Shown here in pieces: positions 48,301-56,097 of a stretch of 64,000 nt of DNA. The stretch lies in IMG/VR virus record IMGVR_UViG_3300020446_000006, positions 14,039 to 78,038 of that record; one strand, 5' to 3'. Below the pieces are notes generated by a model. The model searched no databases. It was not told the DNA's origin and worked only from the letters and a program-made list of their open reading frames with translations. The stretch's first letter is position 1. Every line of letters begins with the position of its first letter. The translations under genes and the position numbers were made by a program. The DNA is from a virus.

Positions 48301-49014
48301 ATGGCACTACCGCGATTGAATGAACAGCCACAGTATGAATTAACGATACCATCAACAGGACAGTTAGTACAATACAGGCCGTTTCTGGTAAAAGAGCAAA
48401 AAGTTTTGATTATGGCACTAGAGTCTCAAGATCAGAGACAGCAACTGAACGCAATATTAAATTCAATTAATGCATGTGTTCAAGATGTTGATGTACATAA
48501 ACTTGCAACGTTTGATGTTGAATATGTGTTTACGCAGATTCGTACAAAATCTGTAGGTGAAACTACAAAAATTGTAATGAAATGTGCAGAATGTAGTGCA
48601 GACAAAACTGTATCTATCGATCTTGAGCAGGTAAAACTTGACGAAGAACCTAAAATAAAAAATAAAGTTGTAAATCTAACAAAGGATATTTCTGTTGAAT
48701 TAAAATATCCAACTTACAATGAGTTTTTAAGAAATACGAATGAACAGTCTTCTGCTGTCGATATGGTCTTTTCATTAATGGGTACATGTATCTCTGCAAT
48801 TATATTAAATGAAGAAGAGAGAATTGATATTAAAGATGAAACACCAGAAGAGATTGAAAATTTTATTAACTCTTTAAACGCAGAGCAATTTGAGAAATTA
48901 AGAAACTTTGTTGATGAGATACCAAAGATTAGTTTAGATGTAGAATTTGAATGTGAAGCTTGTAATGCAAAGAACAAACGAACACTGGAGGGCTTAAACG
49001 ATTTTTTTTCCTAA
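48301..49014 (+). CDS. gp26: Baseplate hub assembly protein gp26
   Basis: MALP...P.YEL.IPSTG..V.YRPFLVKEQK.L..A.ES, FD.EY.F..IR.KSVGE, two CxxC pairs, LEGL.DFF. Confidence 0.9.
   Translation: MALPRLNEQPQYELTIPSTGQLVQYRPFLVKEQKVLIMALESQDQRQQLNAILNSINACVQDVDVHKLATFDVEYVFTQIRTKSVGETTKIVMKCAECSADKTVSIDLEQVKLDEEPKIKNKVVNLTKDISVELKYPTYNEFLRNTNEQSSAVDMVFSLMGTCISAIILNEEERIDIKDETPEEIENFINSLNAEQFEKLRNFVDEIPKISLDVEFECEACNAKNKRTLEGLNDFFS
49002..49010 (+). promoter_or_regulatory. Putative -1 ribosomal frameshift slippery site (T TTT TTT / T TTT TTC)
   Basis: GAT TTT TTT TCC TAA at the end of gp26; the -1 frame is open and encodes a gp51-like peptide with no upstream start. Confidence 0.65.
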
Positions 49015-49187
49015 ACCTTTCTCATGAGACGCTTGAGAATTTTTACCAGACTAATTACCAGTTGTTGCAAAATTTTAATTATTCTCTAGCTGATCTTGAT
49101 AGTATGATACCATGGGAAAGGGAAATATATCTTGCAATGCTCGTAAATGAATTAAGGGAAAAAGAGTTAGCAGCAAATAGTAGGTAA
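49002..49187 (+). CDS. gp51-like baseplate hub assembly peptide, probably made as a gp26 -1 frameshift extension
   Basis: -1 frame reads FFFLNLSHETLENFYQTNYQLLQNFNYSLADLDSMIPWEREIYLAMLVNELREKELAANSR*; MIPWEREIY is the signature of the small gp51-like ORF of marine T4-like phages. Confidence 0.8.
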   Translation, partial: FFFLNLSHETLENFYQTNYQLLQNFNYSLADLDSMIPWEREIYLAMLVNELREKELAANSR

Positions 49188-49191
49188 CGAT

Positions 49192-50772
49192 ATGGCTATT
49201 ACAATTACACCCACTGGCAGAACTGGAATGAATGTTGGACTATCTGACATTGCTAGCATTCTATCTGAGCAAAATCAAGTCTTAGCACAAACTGCAGTAT
49301 CACAAGAAAAGTTAACTACTGCATTTAAAGATTATTTGACTATGTTAGCCGGCAATCAAATGGATGATCTACAAGACGAAAGACGTGCCGAAGCCGAATC
49401 AAGAAGTGAAGGTGGCAGAGGTATGTCCGGAATATCCAATGCTTTTAGTATGAGCGGAGTTGTAGGCGGAGTGGGTAGTTACATAGCTGGATTTGCGAAG
49501 CGTTTATTACCGGTAGCTCTCGGTCTTTTATTCGGTGATGAGTTGTTAAATGGCATAAGAGCAGCAATTAATAAGTATTTTGAAAAAGATATATCTGGCG
49601 ATGTATTTGATGCAATTAAATTAGCTGTTGTAGGTGGTCTCGGTGGATTCTTATTTGGCGGAGTAAAAGGCGGATTGTATGGTATGCTATTCGGTGTGAT
49701 GTTCTCGCCGATGGTAAGACAAAAAATTGCTGATGGGTTAGAAACAATTCTAGGCAGAGAAATTGACGCAACCGATCCTGCTACATTTGTCACAGCTGGA
49801 GCAATTGCTCTTTTACTTCCTGCTGCAATTAAAGCCGCTTTACCGAGTCTACTTGGATTTTTATTCTCTCCTACTGGTTTACTTGTTGTAGCCGCAGGAT
49901 TAACAGCAACTGCTGCATTCAAATATTATACTGACGATAAGTTCAGAGCTGAGATTGATAAAAAGACACAGCCATTCCGTGATGCCATGTTTGAAGCAGA
50001 AAAAGCATTCACTGATAAAATCGGTGAGTTCATAACTACATATACGAATGAATTTAAGAAAGCCGTAAACAAAGCTATCGGCAAGAATATATTTACAACT
50101 ACAGAAATGGAAAGTCGCGGTGAAGCCTCGCTAAGTGAAGCAGATAGAGCGGAAGTTGCACGTCTTAGAGAGCAACAAAGTATTGCTCGAGAAGACTATC
50201 GATCTTATATGGCTGGTAGAAATCGAGATGAAATTGCAGAAAGGTATGGTCTTCGAACCACTGGAATGATGAGACATTCACAGAACGCGACTGCACTTGC
50301 TAGTATGGTAACTGGTTATCAAGACGATATTGATGCCATCGTTGATCCTGCTGCAGATATTCAGAGAATGATTGCCGGTAAATCAAATCAAGAGATTGCA
50401 GATCTTCGAAAAAATTTGGCAGATAATCTATCAGCATTGTCATCAGTTGAAGGTTCCGAGAAAGAGGCTGCTGTATTACGTAGACAAATTGCTGCACTCG
50501 ACAAAGCGATAGCTGGTAGACAAACACCGTCAGTAAGGCCGCCGACTGGAATTACAAGTATTGATAGACCACCGGTCGGTCCAAATGCAGATATTATGGC
50601 TCAATATGGTTCTCGTTCTACAGGAAGTGTAATTGCACCAGTCGATGCTAGCAATACAAATATTGTAACTAATAACAGTAGCTCCCCCCTAGTGTTGCCA
50701 GCAGGAGGGAGCCAAGATATGAATGATAATGCAAGAAGCAGAATGCTTCCTACATCAAATCCTCATAATTAG
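49192..50772 (+). CDS. Tape measure-like protein (gp29 position)
   Basis: Ala/Gly-rich, helical, hydrophobic central segments, C-terminal APVDASNTNIVTNN; follows gp26/gp51. Confidence 0.65.
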   Translation: MAITITPTGRTGMNVGLSDIASILSEQNQVLAQTAVSQEKLTTAFKDYLTMLAGNQMDDLQDERRAEAESRSEGGRGMSGISNAFSMSGVVGGVGSYIAGFAKRLLPVALGLLFGDELLNGIRAAINKYFEKDISGDVFDAIKLAVVGGLGGFLFGGVKGGLYGMLFGVMFSPMVRQKIADGLETILGREIDATDPATFVTAGAIALLLPAAIKAALPSLLGFLFSPTGLLVVAAGLTATAAFKYYTDDKFRAEIDKKTQPFRDAMFEAEKAFTDKIGEFITTYTNEFKKAVNKAIGKNIFTTTEMESRGEASLSEADRAEVARLREQQSIAREDYRSYMAGRNRDEIAERYGLRTTGMMRHSQNATALASMVTGYQDDIDAIVDPAADIQRMIAGKSNQEIADLRKNLADNLSALSSVEGSEKEAAVLRRQIAALDKAIAGRQTPSVRPPTGITSIDRPPVGPNADIMAQYGSRSTGSVIAPVDASNTNIVTNNSSSPLVLPAGGSQDMNDNARSRMLPTSNPHN

Positions 50773-51671
50773 TCGTCATTTGCTAACTTAGCAAAGTATG
50801 ACATAGTGTCATCATCATCTACAGAGTTCATTTCCTCGGCAGTAACAGGAGCAGCCTGTACTGGTTCTGGTGCTGGAGCAGGATCATTAACCTGATTCAT
50901 TTGAACAACTGTAGGTGCACCCATTTCTACTTCTTCGCCAAGAACACGCATCAACTTCGCTTTTAATTCGTCATATGATTTGTAGTTCTTTGGGTCTGTA
51001 AAGTCACCGACTGGATGTAGTTGGTTATAGACTGATTCCAATTTGGATTCGTCTGCTTCATAGAGAGAAGAAGCGCTTTCAAATTCTGACTTATCATAAT
51101 TACGATATCCTTCAACATTACGAATTTTTAATTTAAAGTTTGCACCATCCCAGAAATCAAATGGGTTAATAGGTGTTTCATCAGCAAATGAAGGCTGCAT
51201 TACATCCATGATCTTGTCAAAGATCTTCTTACCAAATTGGTATAGGAATACTTTACCTTCATTTTGAGGATTCGATGGGTCAGAAAGAACAAGAATATTT
51301 GTTACATAGTGTAGCCTACGCTTTTGTGTTCTTGCTTTGTCTTTGTCTGCTTCGATGCCTGAGTTCCAGAGTCGTGAGTTGAGTTCACCAACTGGATCAG
51401 GTTGACCAATAGAAGTAAGGCTGTTTTCGATATACCATAGACCGGTTGGTCCTTTGAATCCATGGTCCCAGTATCTGACCCATGGTAAGTCTTGTCCTTC
51501 CATTGCTGGTAGGAATCTGATGACTGCATATCCATTGCCTGCTTTGTCTACTGTCGGTTTCCAAATACGTTCATCAACATATGACTTTTTTTCACCGCCT
51601 CCGGTGGATTCTGCTGCTTGAACGAGTTTAGAGATTTGATCGCGATTGCGCTTTAAGTTTTCGAATGACAT
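50769..51671 (-). CDS. gp32: Single-stranded DNA-binding protein gp32
   Basis: DERIWKP.VDKAGNGYAVIRFLP, HGFKGPTG.WYIENSLT, GKKIFDK, NPFDFW.GANFKLK, NYDKSEF, acidic tail. Confidence 0.97.
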   Translation of the reverse strand: MSFENLKRNRDQISKLVQAAESTGGGEKKSYVDERIWKPTVDKAGNGYAVIRFLPAMEGQDLPWVRYWDHGFKGPTGLWYIENSLTSIGQPDPVGELNSRLWNSGIEADKDKARTQKRRLHYVTNILVLSDPSNPQNEGKVFLYQFGKKIFDKIMDVMQPSFADETPINPFDFWDGANFKLKIRNVEGYRNYDKSEFESASSLYEADESKLESVYNQLHPVGDFTDPKNYKSYDELKAKLMRVLGEEVEMGAPTVVQMNQVNDPAPAPEPVQAAPVTAEEMNSVDDDDTMSYFAKLANDD

Positions 51672-51706
51672 GTTTTATTCCTTGTATGTGCTGAAATATG
51701 TTTTTT

Positions 51707-51745
51707 ATTATAACACAGTATAGCTGTATTGTACATCTATTTATA
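51707..51745 (-). promoter_or_regulatory. Tandem late (TATAAATA 51738-51745) and early-type (TGTACA-N17-TATAAT) promoters of gp32
   Basis: Both motifs are visible; -35 at 51730-51735, -10 at 51707-51712. Confidence 0.72.
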
Positions 51746-51751
51746 TTCCTC

Positions 51752-51994
51752 TTATTCGAAAAGAGAAGAATCAATAGAATTAGTTTTTGGCAAAAAGTTT
51801 AAGGCCATTGCCTCAGCCTCAAGTTTGTCTTTAATTACAGGTGAGACAAACTTTTTTACGTCTTCTGGTTCGATTGCATTGCTTTCACAAACCAGTAGAA
51901 TTGCTTCCATATACCCAATTGATTTTTCGATTACAGTGTTTTCGATCATTTTTGAAAACTTTGCTTTATTCAGAAATTGCTCTTCGACTGTCAT
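51752..51994 (-). CDS. gp33: Late promoter transcription coactivator gp33
   Basis: FS..IE..V.....YMEAI...CE...IEPE.V.K..S..IK.KLEAEA..LNFL. Confidence 0.9.
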   Translation of the reverse strand: MTVEEQFLNKAKFSKMIENTVIEKSIGYMEAILLVCESNAIEPEDVKKFVSPVIKDKLEAEAMALNFLPKTNSIDSSLFE

Positions 51995-53118
51995 TTGTCT
52001 AATGCCCTTAATAAGATTGTATCTTTGTTGAGTCTACCATTTGGTATACTACCTTTAGTAGTAAGATTTTTCCACTCACCGTCAATTTGTTTTGGTGTCT
52101 TATTCAAGACGATAGGTAAGAAGTCATCTGGCCTCCGAAGCTTGATAGTGCGGCTACTCACTTTATCAAAGTTCTTAATGGAAGTACCAGAGACTTCAAA
52201 CCCAACAGCAGCTGTAGTAATATATTCAGTCAACATTCTAGACTTGGTATTAAAGGTGTACAACCTAAACTTACCGATAATTTGTATTGGCGCTATCGAT
52301 GCCAATTTAAAATCATTGTCTTCAGTCTTGTACTGAATCTTAGCTGCTTGTTTGTCTGCAGAACGAGGAGCTTTAATGCGAGTCTTACGAGTCGCTTTTG
52401 CTGCAGACTTTAGACGATCAAGATCGGAGAGCATATCTTGACACGCCTTGATACGGCGATTGAGTTCAGGTCTTTTCAAATGCGAATAACCTTCAACGGC
52501 ATCAGGACAACGCTTATGATAGGAATCTTCATAATCAAGCAACCATCCCTCAATCACCTCACGAACTGATGCAGTCGCAGATGCAGGCAGTCCATGTTTC
52601 TTAAACAGAGCATACAAATCAATATAGGATTTTTCTCCTTCAATCCAACCATCTTCAAGATCTAATAGGTCTTGCATAATTGTAGATTGAATTTTGTTTT
52701 GTAGTCTTTGCATTGGAGACAATGATACAACACGATCAGAGTCTTTTAACTTTGCTTGCTTCTCGAAGTAAAGAGGTTTACCGATTTCAACAAGCTTTAA
52801 AATAAATTTGTCAAGTGCATCTTTCCAATACTGTACACGATCATTCATATCGTTTGTATGAGTGACATATGCAGCTGTTGCACAATGATAGCTTAATGCC
52901 CAAAATTTATATTCAGGACAAGCACTGACAAATTTAAAATCTTCTTTCGAAGTATTTGCTTTTGCATAAGACTTTAAAGACGAAATCAAATCTTTACGAT
53001 CGATCTCGTAATGAAAATAAGAATGTACTGCATCGATACCTTTGTCGAAAGGTGCAGCACCGATACCGCTTCTACGACGAGCTGGAATTTTTTTCTTTTT
53101 ACGTTTCACCATTGGCAT
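51991..53118 (-). CDS. Conserved hypothetical protein of T4-like marine phages
   Basis: 375 aa; C-terminal FNTK.R.L..Y, GF.V.G.SI..FD, KLRRP, NGRLN.DTILL; sits upstream of gp33. Confidence 0.7.
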   Translation of the reverse strand: MPMVKRKKKKIPARRRSGIGAAPFDKGIDAVHSYFHYEIDRKDLISSLKSYAKANTSKEDFKFVSACPEYKFWALSYHCATAAYVTHTNDMNDRVQYWKDALDKFILKLVEIGKPLYFEKQAKLKDSDRVVSLSPMQRLQNKIQSTIMQDLLDLEDGWIEGEKSYIDLYALFKKHGLPASATASVREVIEGWLLDYEDSYHKRCPDAVEGYSHLKRPELNRRIKACQDMLSDLDRLKSAAKATRKTRIKAPRSADKQAAKIQYKTEDNDFKLASIAPIQIIGKFRLYTFNTKSRMLTEYITTAAVGFEVSGTSIKNFDKVSSRTIKLRRPDDFLPIVLNKTPKQIDGEWKNLTTKGSIPNGRLNKDTILLRALDK

Positions 53119-53149
53119 AATAACTCTCCTTGAAAATGTAGCCTAATAT

Positions 53150-53179
53150 ATTCTATCATGTTTTCACGTAAATGTACAC
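53150..53179 (-). promoter_or_regulatory. Early sigma70-type promoter (GTGTACA-N17-TAGAAT, extended TG)
   Basis: Member of a repeated promoter family. Confidence 0.75.
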
Positions 53180-53181
53180 AG

Positions 53182-53295
53182 TTAATTTCGTTTTTCTCGC
53201 AATATTTTTCGAGCATGTGCTATAGAATAGTTATTGATACAGATGTATCTTTCACATCTCTTCATAAATTGCTCTAAGATGAAATGTTCATCCAT
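53182..53295 (-). CDS. Possible 37-aa ORF starting immediately after the tRNA CCA
   Basis: MDEHFILEQFMKRCERYICINNYSIAHARKILREKRN*; fills the gap but has no RBS. Confidence 0.3.
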   Translation of the reverse strand: MDEHFILEQFMKRCERYICINNYSIAHARKILREKRN

Positions 53296-53370
53296 TGGAG
53301 CGGGTACGGAGATTCGAACTCCGATCCTCAGCTTGGAAGGCTGCAATAATGGCCATTATACTATACCCGC
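53296..53370 (-). tRNA. tRNA-Gly (anticodon TCC) with encoded CCA
   Basis: GCGGGTA-TAGTATAATGGCCATTA-TTGCAGC-CTTCCAA-GCTGA-GGAT-CGGAG-TTCGAAT-CTCCG-TACCCGC-TCCA; acceptor, anticodon and T arms pair. Confidence 0.93.
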
Positions 53371-53714
53371 TAATTTCTACGCATAGTAGCAATTTCTTTA
53401 GCCGCATTGCTATCCTTGCGAATTGGTACCATATTTGATTTGTGAAGAGTGCCGATACCTGCAAGCTCATCACCTGTATACTGCTTAGCAGCTTTTGCAT
53501 AGCCGTTGCCAACTTTATCTGATGTTGGTGCAAGAGGCTCACTGACTTTGTAGTTTGGCATAGGTGCACGATATGTAGAACCTTTTTGATAACCTACACG
53601 CTGTAACAATACAGCCATCTTACGTTCTTCTTCAAGAATGGCAGCTGTTTTTTTACGAGCCTTCCGTTTCTTCGTGCTTATTGTTGTCATTCCCCTCACT
53701 AAATGCATAGTCAT
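53370..53714 (-). CDS. Conserved hypothetical phage protein
   Basis: MTMHL.RG, YTG..L.GI.TLHKSNMVP motif seen in T4-like phages. Confidence 0.7.
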   Translation of the reverse strand: MTMHLVRGMTTISTKKRKARKKTAAILEEERKMAVLLQRVGYQKGSTYRAPMPNYKVSEPLAPTSDKVGNGYAKAAKQYTGDELAGIGTLHKSNMVPIRKDSNAAKEIATMRRN

Positions 53715-53892
53715 GTTTGTATCCTTTCATAGTCATGCTATTAATACGTTCTTGCAGATATCGCCTAACGATCTTTTCTTCGGTGGTGTAAGGTTCTTGT
53801 AGATGATATTTACGTAGCATTTTGATTCTATGTAATTCACCTTCGAATACGCGAACAGCAGTCATACGATCACCTGACATATTTCCCATCAT
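53653..53892 (-). CDS. Hypothetical protein
   Basis: Coupled small ORF (probable start MMGNMSGD). Confidence 0.5.
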   Translation of the reverse strand: MMGNMSGDRMTAVRVFEGELHRIKMLRKYHLQEPYTTEEKIVRRYLQERINSMTMKGYKHDYAFSEGNDNNKHEETEGS

Positions 53893-53981
53893 AATACACA
53901 ACTCATAAAGTTAGCAATAATATCTGGACGAAAATACATTACGCCCACAGTAACAACAACACCAAGTAAAAATCCCCACAT
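53889..53981 (-). CDS. Small membrane peptide (30 aa)
   Basis: MWGFLLGVVVTVGVMYFRPDIIANFMSCVL*; TAATG and ATGA overlaps with both neighbours. Confidence 0.5.
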   Translation of the reverse strand: MWGFLLGVVVTVGVMYFRPDIIANFMSCVL

Positions 53982-54229
53982 TAGTCCCAATCCTTATCCA
54001 TAGAAACAGTATCGCGCATACGATCGCCATAATATTTTTCTGCATATTGTGGTGCATCTGTCCACGCATTAATATTGACATCATCGTAACCTTTAGATGC
54101 AGGATAACCGTACGGCAAATAAGACTCTGTTTCAGTCTTACGCACACGTTGATTACGCTTTAGCTTTTTAGTAAACTTTTTTGATGCCTTACGTATGAGT
54201 GCCATACGTTGTGCTTGTGTTTGTGCCAT
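53981..54229 (-). CDS. Hypothetical early protein
   Basis: Strong GAGGAG RBS behind an early promoter. Confidence 0.7.
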   Translation of the reverse strand: MAQTQAQRMALIRKASKKFTKKLKRNQRVRKTETESYLPYGYPASKGYDDVNINAWTDAPQYAEKYYGDRMRDTVSMDKDWD

Positions 54230-54260
54230 AATATACTCCTCAAAAAATAAAGCTCTATAT

Positions 54261-54290
54261 ATTCTATCACATTTTCACGCAAATGTACAC
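54261..54290 (-). promoter_or_regulatory. Early sigma70-type promoter (GTGTACA-N17-TAGAAT) with A-tract UP element
   Basis: Near-identical to 53150..53179. Confidence 0.78.
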
Positions 54291-54298
54291 AGTTTTTT

Positions 54299-54565
54299 TC
54301 AAGAATTATAAATTTTTCTCAACATATCTTCAAACTGATCGACCTTCTCAATGCGATTTGGCCATAAAATGTATTCCTTTTCAGGATTCTTTTTTAAGTT
54401 TATGAGCAATGGTTGAATGGCGTTATATAGTCTATCGATCTTGTCTTGTGTCGCATCAACACCAACTGCCATTTTTTGTGCAGTATCTTTTGCTTCTTTT
54501 ACAGCTTTGAGTTCAGACTCATCAACTGCTGTAAAACCGAAATCAAAATCAAAATCATCAGACAT
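54299..54565 (-). CDS. Conserved hypothetical phage protein
   Basis: DFDFGFTAVDE.EL, PLL.NL.KNPEKEYILWPNR; strong RBS. Confidence 0.75.
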   Translation of the reverse strand: MSDDFDFDFGFTAVDESELKAVKEAKDTAQKMAVGVDATQDKIDRLYNAIQPLLINLKKNPEKEYILWPNRIEKVDQFEDMLRKIYNS

Positions 54566-54734
54566 AATATTCTCTCCTCTTATATGCGTATTGTAGAAAA
54601 AAACAATATGCTATACAAAACCAAAGGAGATCACCTTGCATGATTGATTGACTCATTACCCATGCAAAGGGAGATAAGATCATGAGGTCGTATAGTTTTA
54701 TTGTTGGGGTTTCTGATTTGTCTGCTTGAAGCAT
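54558..54734 (-). CDS. Possible small membrane protein (58 aa)
   Basis: MLQADKSETPTIKLYDLMILSPFAWVMSQSIMQGDLLWFCIAYCFFLQYAYKRREYYV*; fills the gap, overlapping both neighbours. Confidence 0.35.
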   Translation of the reverse strand: MLQADKSETPTIKLYDLMILSPFAWVMSQSIMQGDLLWFCIAYCFFLQYAYKRREYYV

Positions 54735-54913
54735 ACGTATTTGTTTCCTATAGGTGTTTCAATTGCAATGTATTTTGTATTTGGATCTGGTGCACGGCAC
54801 ACAATCTGATTCCAGTAATTATATCCTAGTGCATTCCACTTTAATTTTTCTTCTAAAAATTCACGCTCTGCCATACTGAACAGCCACATGAATACTATTG
54901 TGCCTTCTAGCAT
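54698..54913 (-). CDS. Hypothetical protein
   Basis: AGGAG RBS; hydrophobic N-terminus. Confidence 0.6.
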   Translation of the reverse strand: MLEGTIVFMWLFSMAEREFLEEKLKWNALGYNYWNQIVCRAPDPNTKYIAIETPIGNKYVCFKQTNQKPQQ

Positions 54914-54924
54914 CTAAATCTCCT

Positions 54925-55068
54925 AGTTTAAGTGGTGGCTAACCGTTGACCACCGCGGATGTATTAAGGCATCACCCTTAGTATAAAGCAGAGCCAGTGT
55001 ATAAATGCTGGGTGCATCTCCATTTGTTGTGAAGGTTTCTACTGAGGGATTGCCTTCTTCCCACCCGT
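54925..55068 (-). ncRNA. Putative structured leader RNA downstream of a late promoter
   Basis: Non-coding and GC-richer than its surroundings; GGGA/TCCC plus GAAGG/CCTTC potential pseudoknot, CCAG/CTGG, GGGTG/CATCC and GGTGG/CCACC stems. Confidence 0.4.
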
Positions 55069-55073
55069 ATCTT

Positions 55074-55081
55074 TATTTATA
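55074..55081 (-). promoter_or_regulatory. T4-type late promoter TATAAATA
   Basis: Exact motif in a long intergenic region. Confidence 0.75.
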
Positions 55082-55124
55082 GTCGTTAACAGGCTTAACC
55101 GTGTTTATACTCACTCGACTTTAG

Positions 55125-55178
55125 GTTTCCCAGCGGAGGAGCTGAGAGAGGAGCTAAGTGCTCAACCCCGCTGGAAAC
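55125..55178 (-). ncRNA. Long hairpin with CU-rich anti-SD-like loop
   Basis: GTTTCCAGCGG...CCGCTGGGAAAC stem enclosing TTAGCTCCTCTCTCAGCTCCT. Confidence 0.4.
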
Positions 55179-55383
55179 TCTTGTAGGCCACAAAATCTTC
55201 TATCATTTTATCTGACGCGATTTCGTATGGACTACATAATTCATCAAAGTCCCAATGATGCACACCTTTTGGATCTACCATACAATGAGTCCTTTTTACT
55301 GTACGATCATATGGGTCTTGATCATCCTCTACGCGATAAGACCACCCTTGATAGGTATGCAATAGACGACCGAACGGTAACAT
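55162..55383 (-). CDS. Hypothetical protein
   Basis: 73 aa, TAATG-coupled to the upstream ORF. Confidence 0.6.
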   Translation of the reverse strand: MLPFGRLLHTYQGWSYRVEDDQDPYDRTVKRTHCMVDPKGVHHWDFDELCSPYEIASDKMIEDFVAYKSFQRG

Positions 55384-55670
55384 TACGCGCTCATCCTTTC
55401 TATATGCGCTTCGAGTTTCTCATCGGTCCACTTACTGAACTCAAGAGAGCGAGCGTACGATTTGCTCGTACGATCGGCAGTAATATAATATGCCGACTCT
55501 TCTAACTCAACACGATGAAGCTCCTTAAGAGTGCCAGAAGGAACACGACTTGACCAGTAGACAAACTCATCTGGATGCGGCAGCTTGCCCATGAAACAAC
55601 CAGGCTGCTTTGAATACTCCTCAGCCTCTTCACGTTGCGCCATAATATGATCGATTAGAGCCTTTTCCAT
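55383..55670 (-). CDS. Hypothetical early protein
   Basis: 95 aa, GAGGAGG RBS, coupled. Confidence 0.7.
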   Translation of the reverse strand: MEKALIDHIMAQREEAEEYSKQPGCFMGKLPHPDEFVYWSSRVPSGTLKELHRVELEESAYYITADRTSKSYARSLEFSKWTDEKLEAHIERMSA

Positions 55671-55828
55671 TATATTACCTCCTCAATAGTAACACGAACA
55701 ACACTTTTATCTTTCCACATGTTTTTGATACAAACAGTAGCACCTTCACGAGTATGGCGAATAGTTTCTGCAATCTCACCATCAGAATAAGAAACTGTGA
55801 TTTTGAAATGATCGATAACGTTTTTCAT
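55670..55828 (-). CDS. Hypothetical early protein (52 aa; not in ORF track)
   Basis: MKNVIDHFKITVSYSDGEIAETIRHTREGATVCIKNMWKDKSVVRVTIEEVI*; AGAGGAG RBS behind an early promoter. Confidence 0.65.
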   Translation of the reverse strand: MKNVIDHFKITVSYSDGEIAETIRHTREGATVCIKNMWKDKSVVRVTIEEVI

Positions 55829-55860
55829 TTTTTGCTCCTCTAAAAAATAGCTCTCTATAT

Positions 55861-55890
55861 ATTATATCATACTTTTAGAGGATTGTACAC
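55861..55890 (-). promoter_or_regulatory. Early sigma70-type promoter (GTGTACA-N17-TATAAT, extended TG, A-tract UP element)
   Basis: About 45 bp nearly identical to 63211..63254. Confidence 0.8.
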
Positions 55891-55917
55891 ACTTTTTTTC
55901 ACTTTTTTGCATTTTTT

Positions 55918-56097
55918 TTAGTAATTAGGTATATTTACTTTTGCCGTCAACTCGTTACACCTTTGCTCTAGAACACTATTACGACGCTGAAGTTCGTCAA
56001 CTTTCGCATTAAGTTCTCTTATCTTTTCGTAAAGAGTATATTTTTCTTTTACTTCTTCTGCCATTTGGCGTTTCATGATGTTGATGTCTGGATCCAT
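55918..56097 (-). CDS. Small coiled-coil protein
   Basis: Probable start MDPDINI after AGAGGAG; heptad pattern. Confidence 0.55.
   Translation of the reverse strand: MDPDINIMKRQMAEEVKEKYTLYEKIRELNAKVDELQRRNSVLEQRCNELTAKVNIPNY

Noticed and set aside
53288-53569. 93-aa ORF overlapping the tRNA
   Set aside because: It reads through the tRNA-Gly and an alternative frame of 53370..53714; it is spurious.
54914-55081. Assignment of the structured leader to a SAM-V or SAM-SAH riboswitch
   Set aside because: Only short resemblances (GCATTT, CACAAC) are present; the conserved cores could not be matched by eye, so it is left unassigned.
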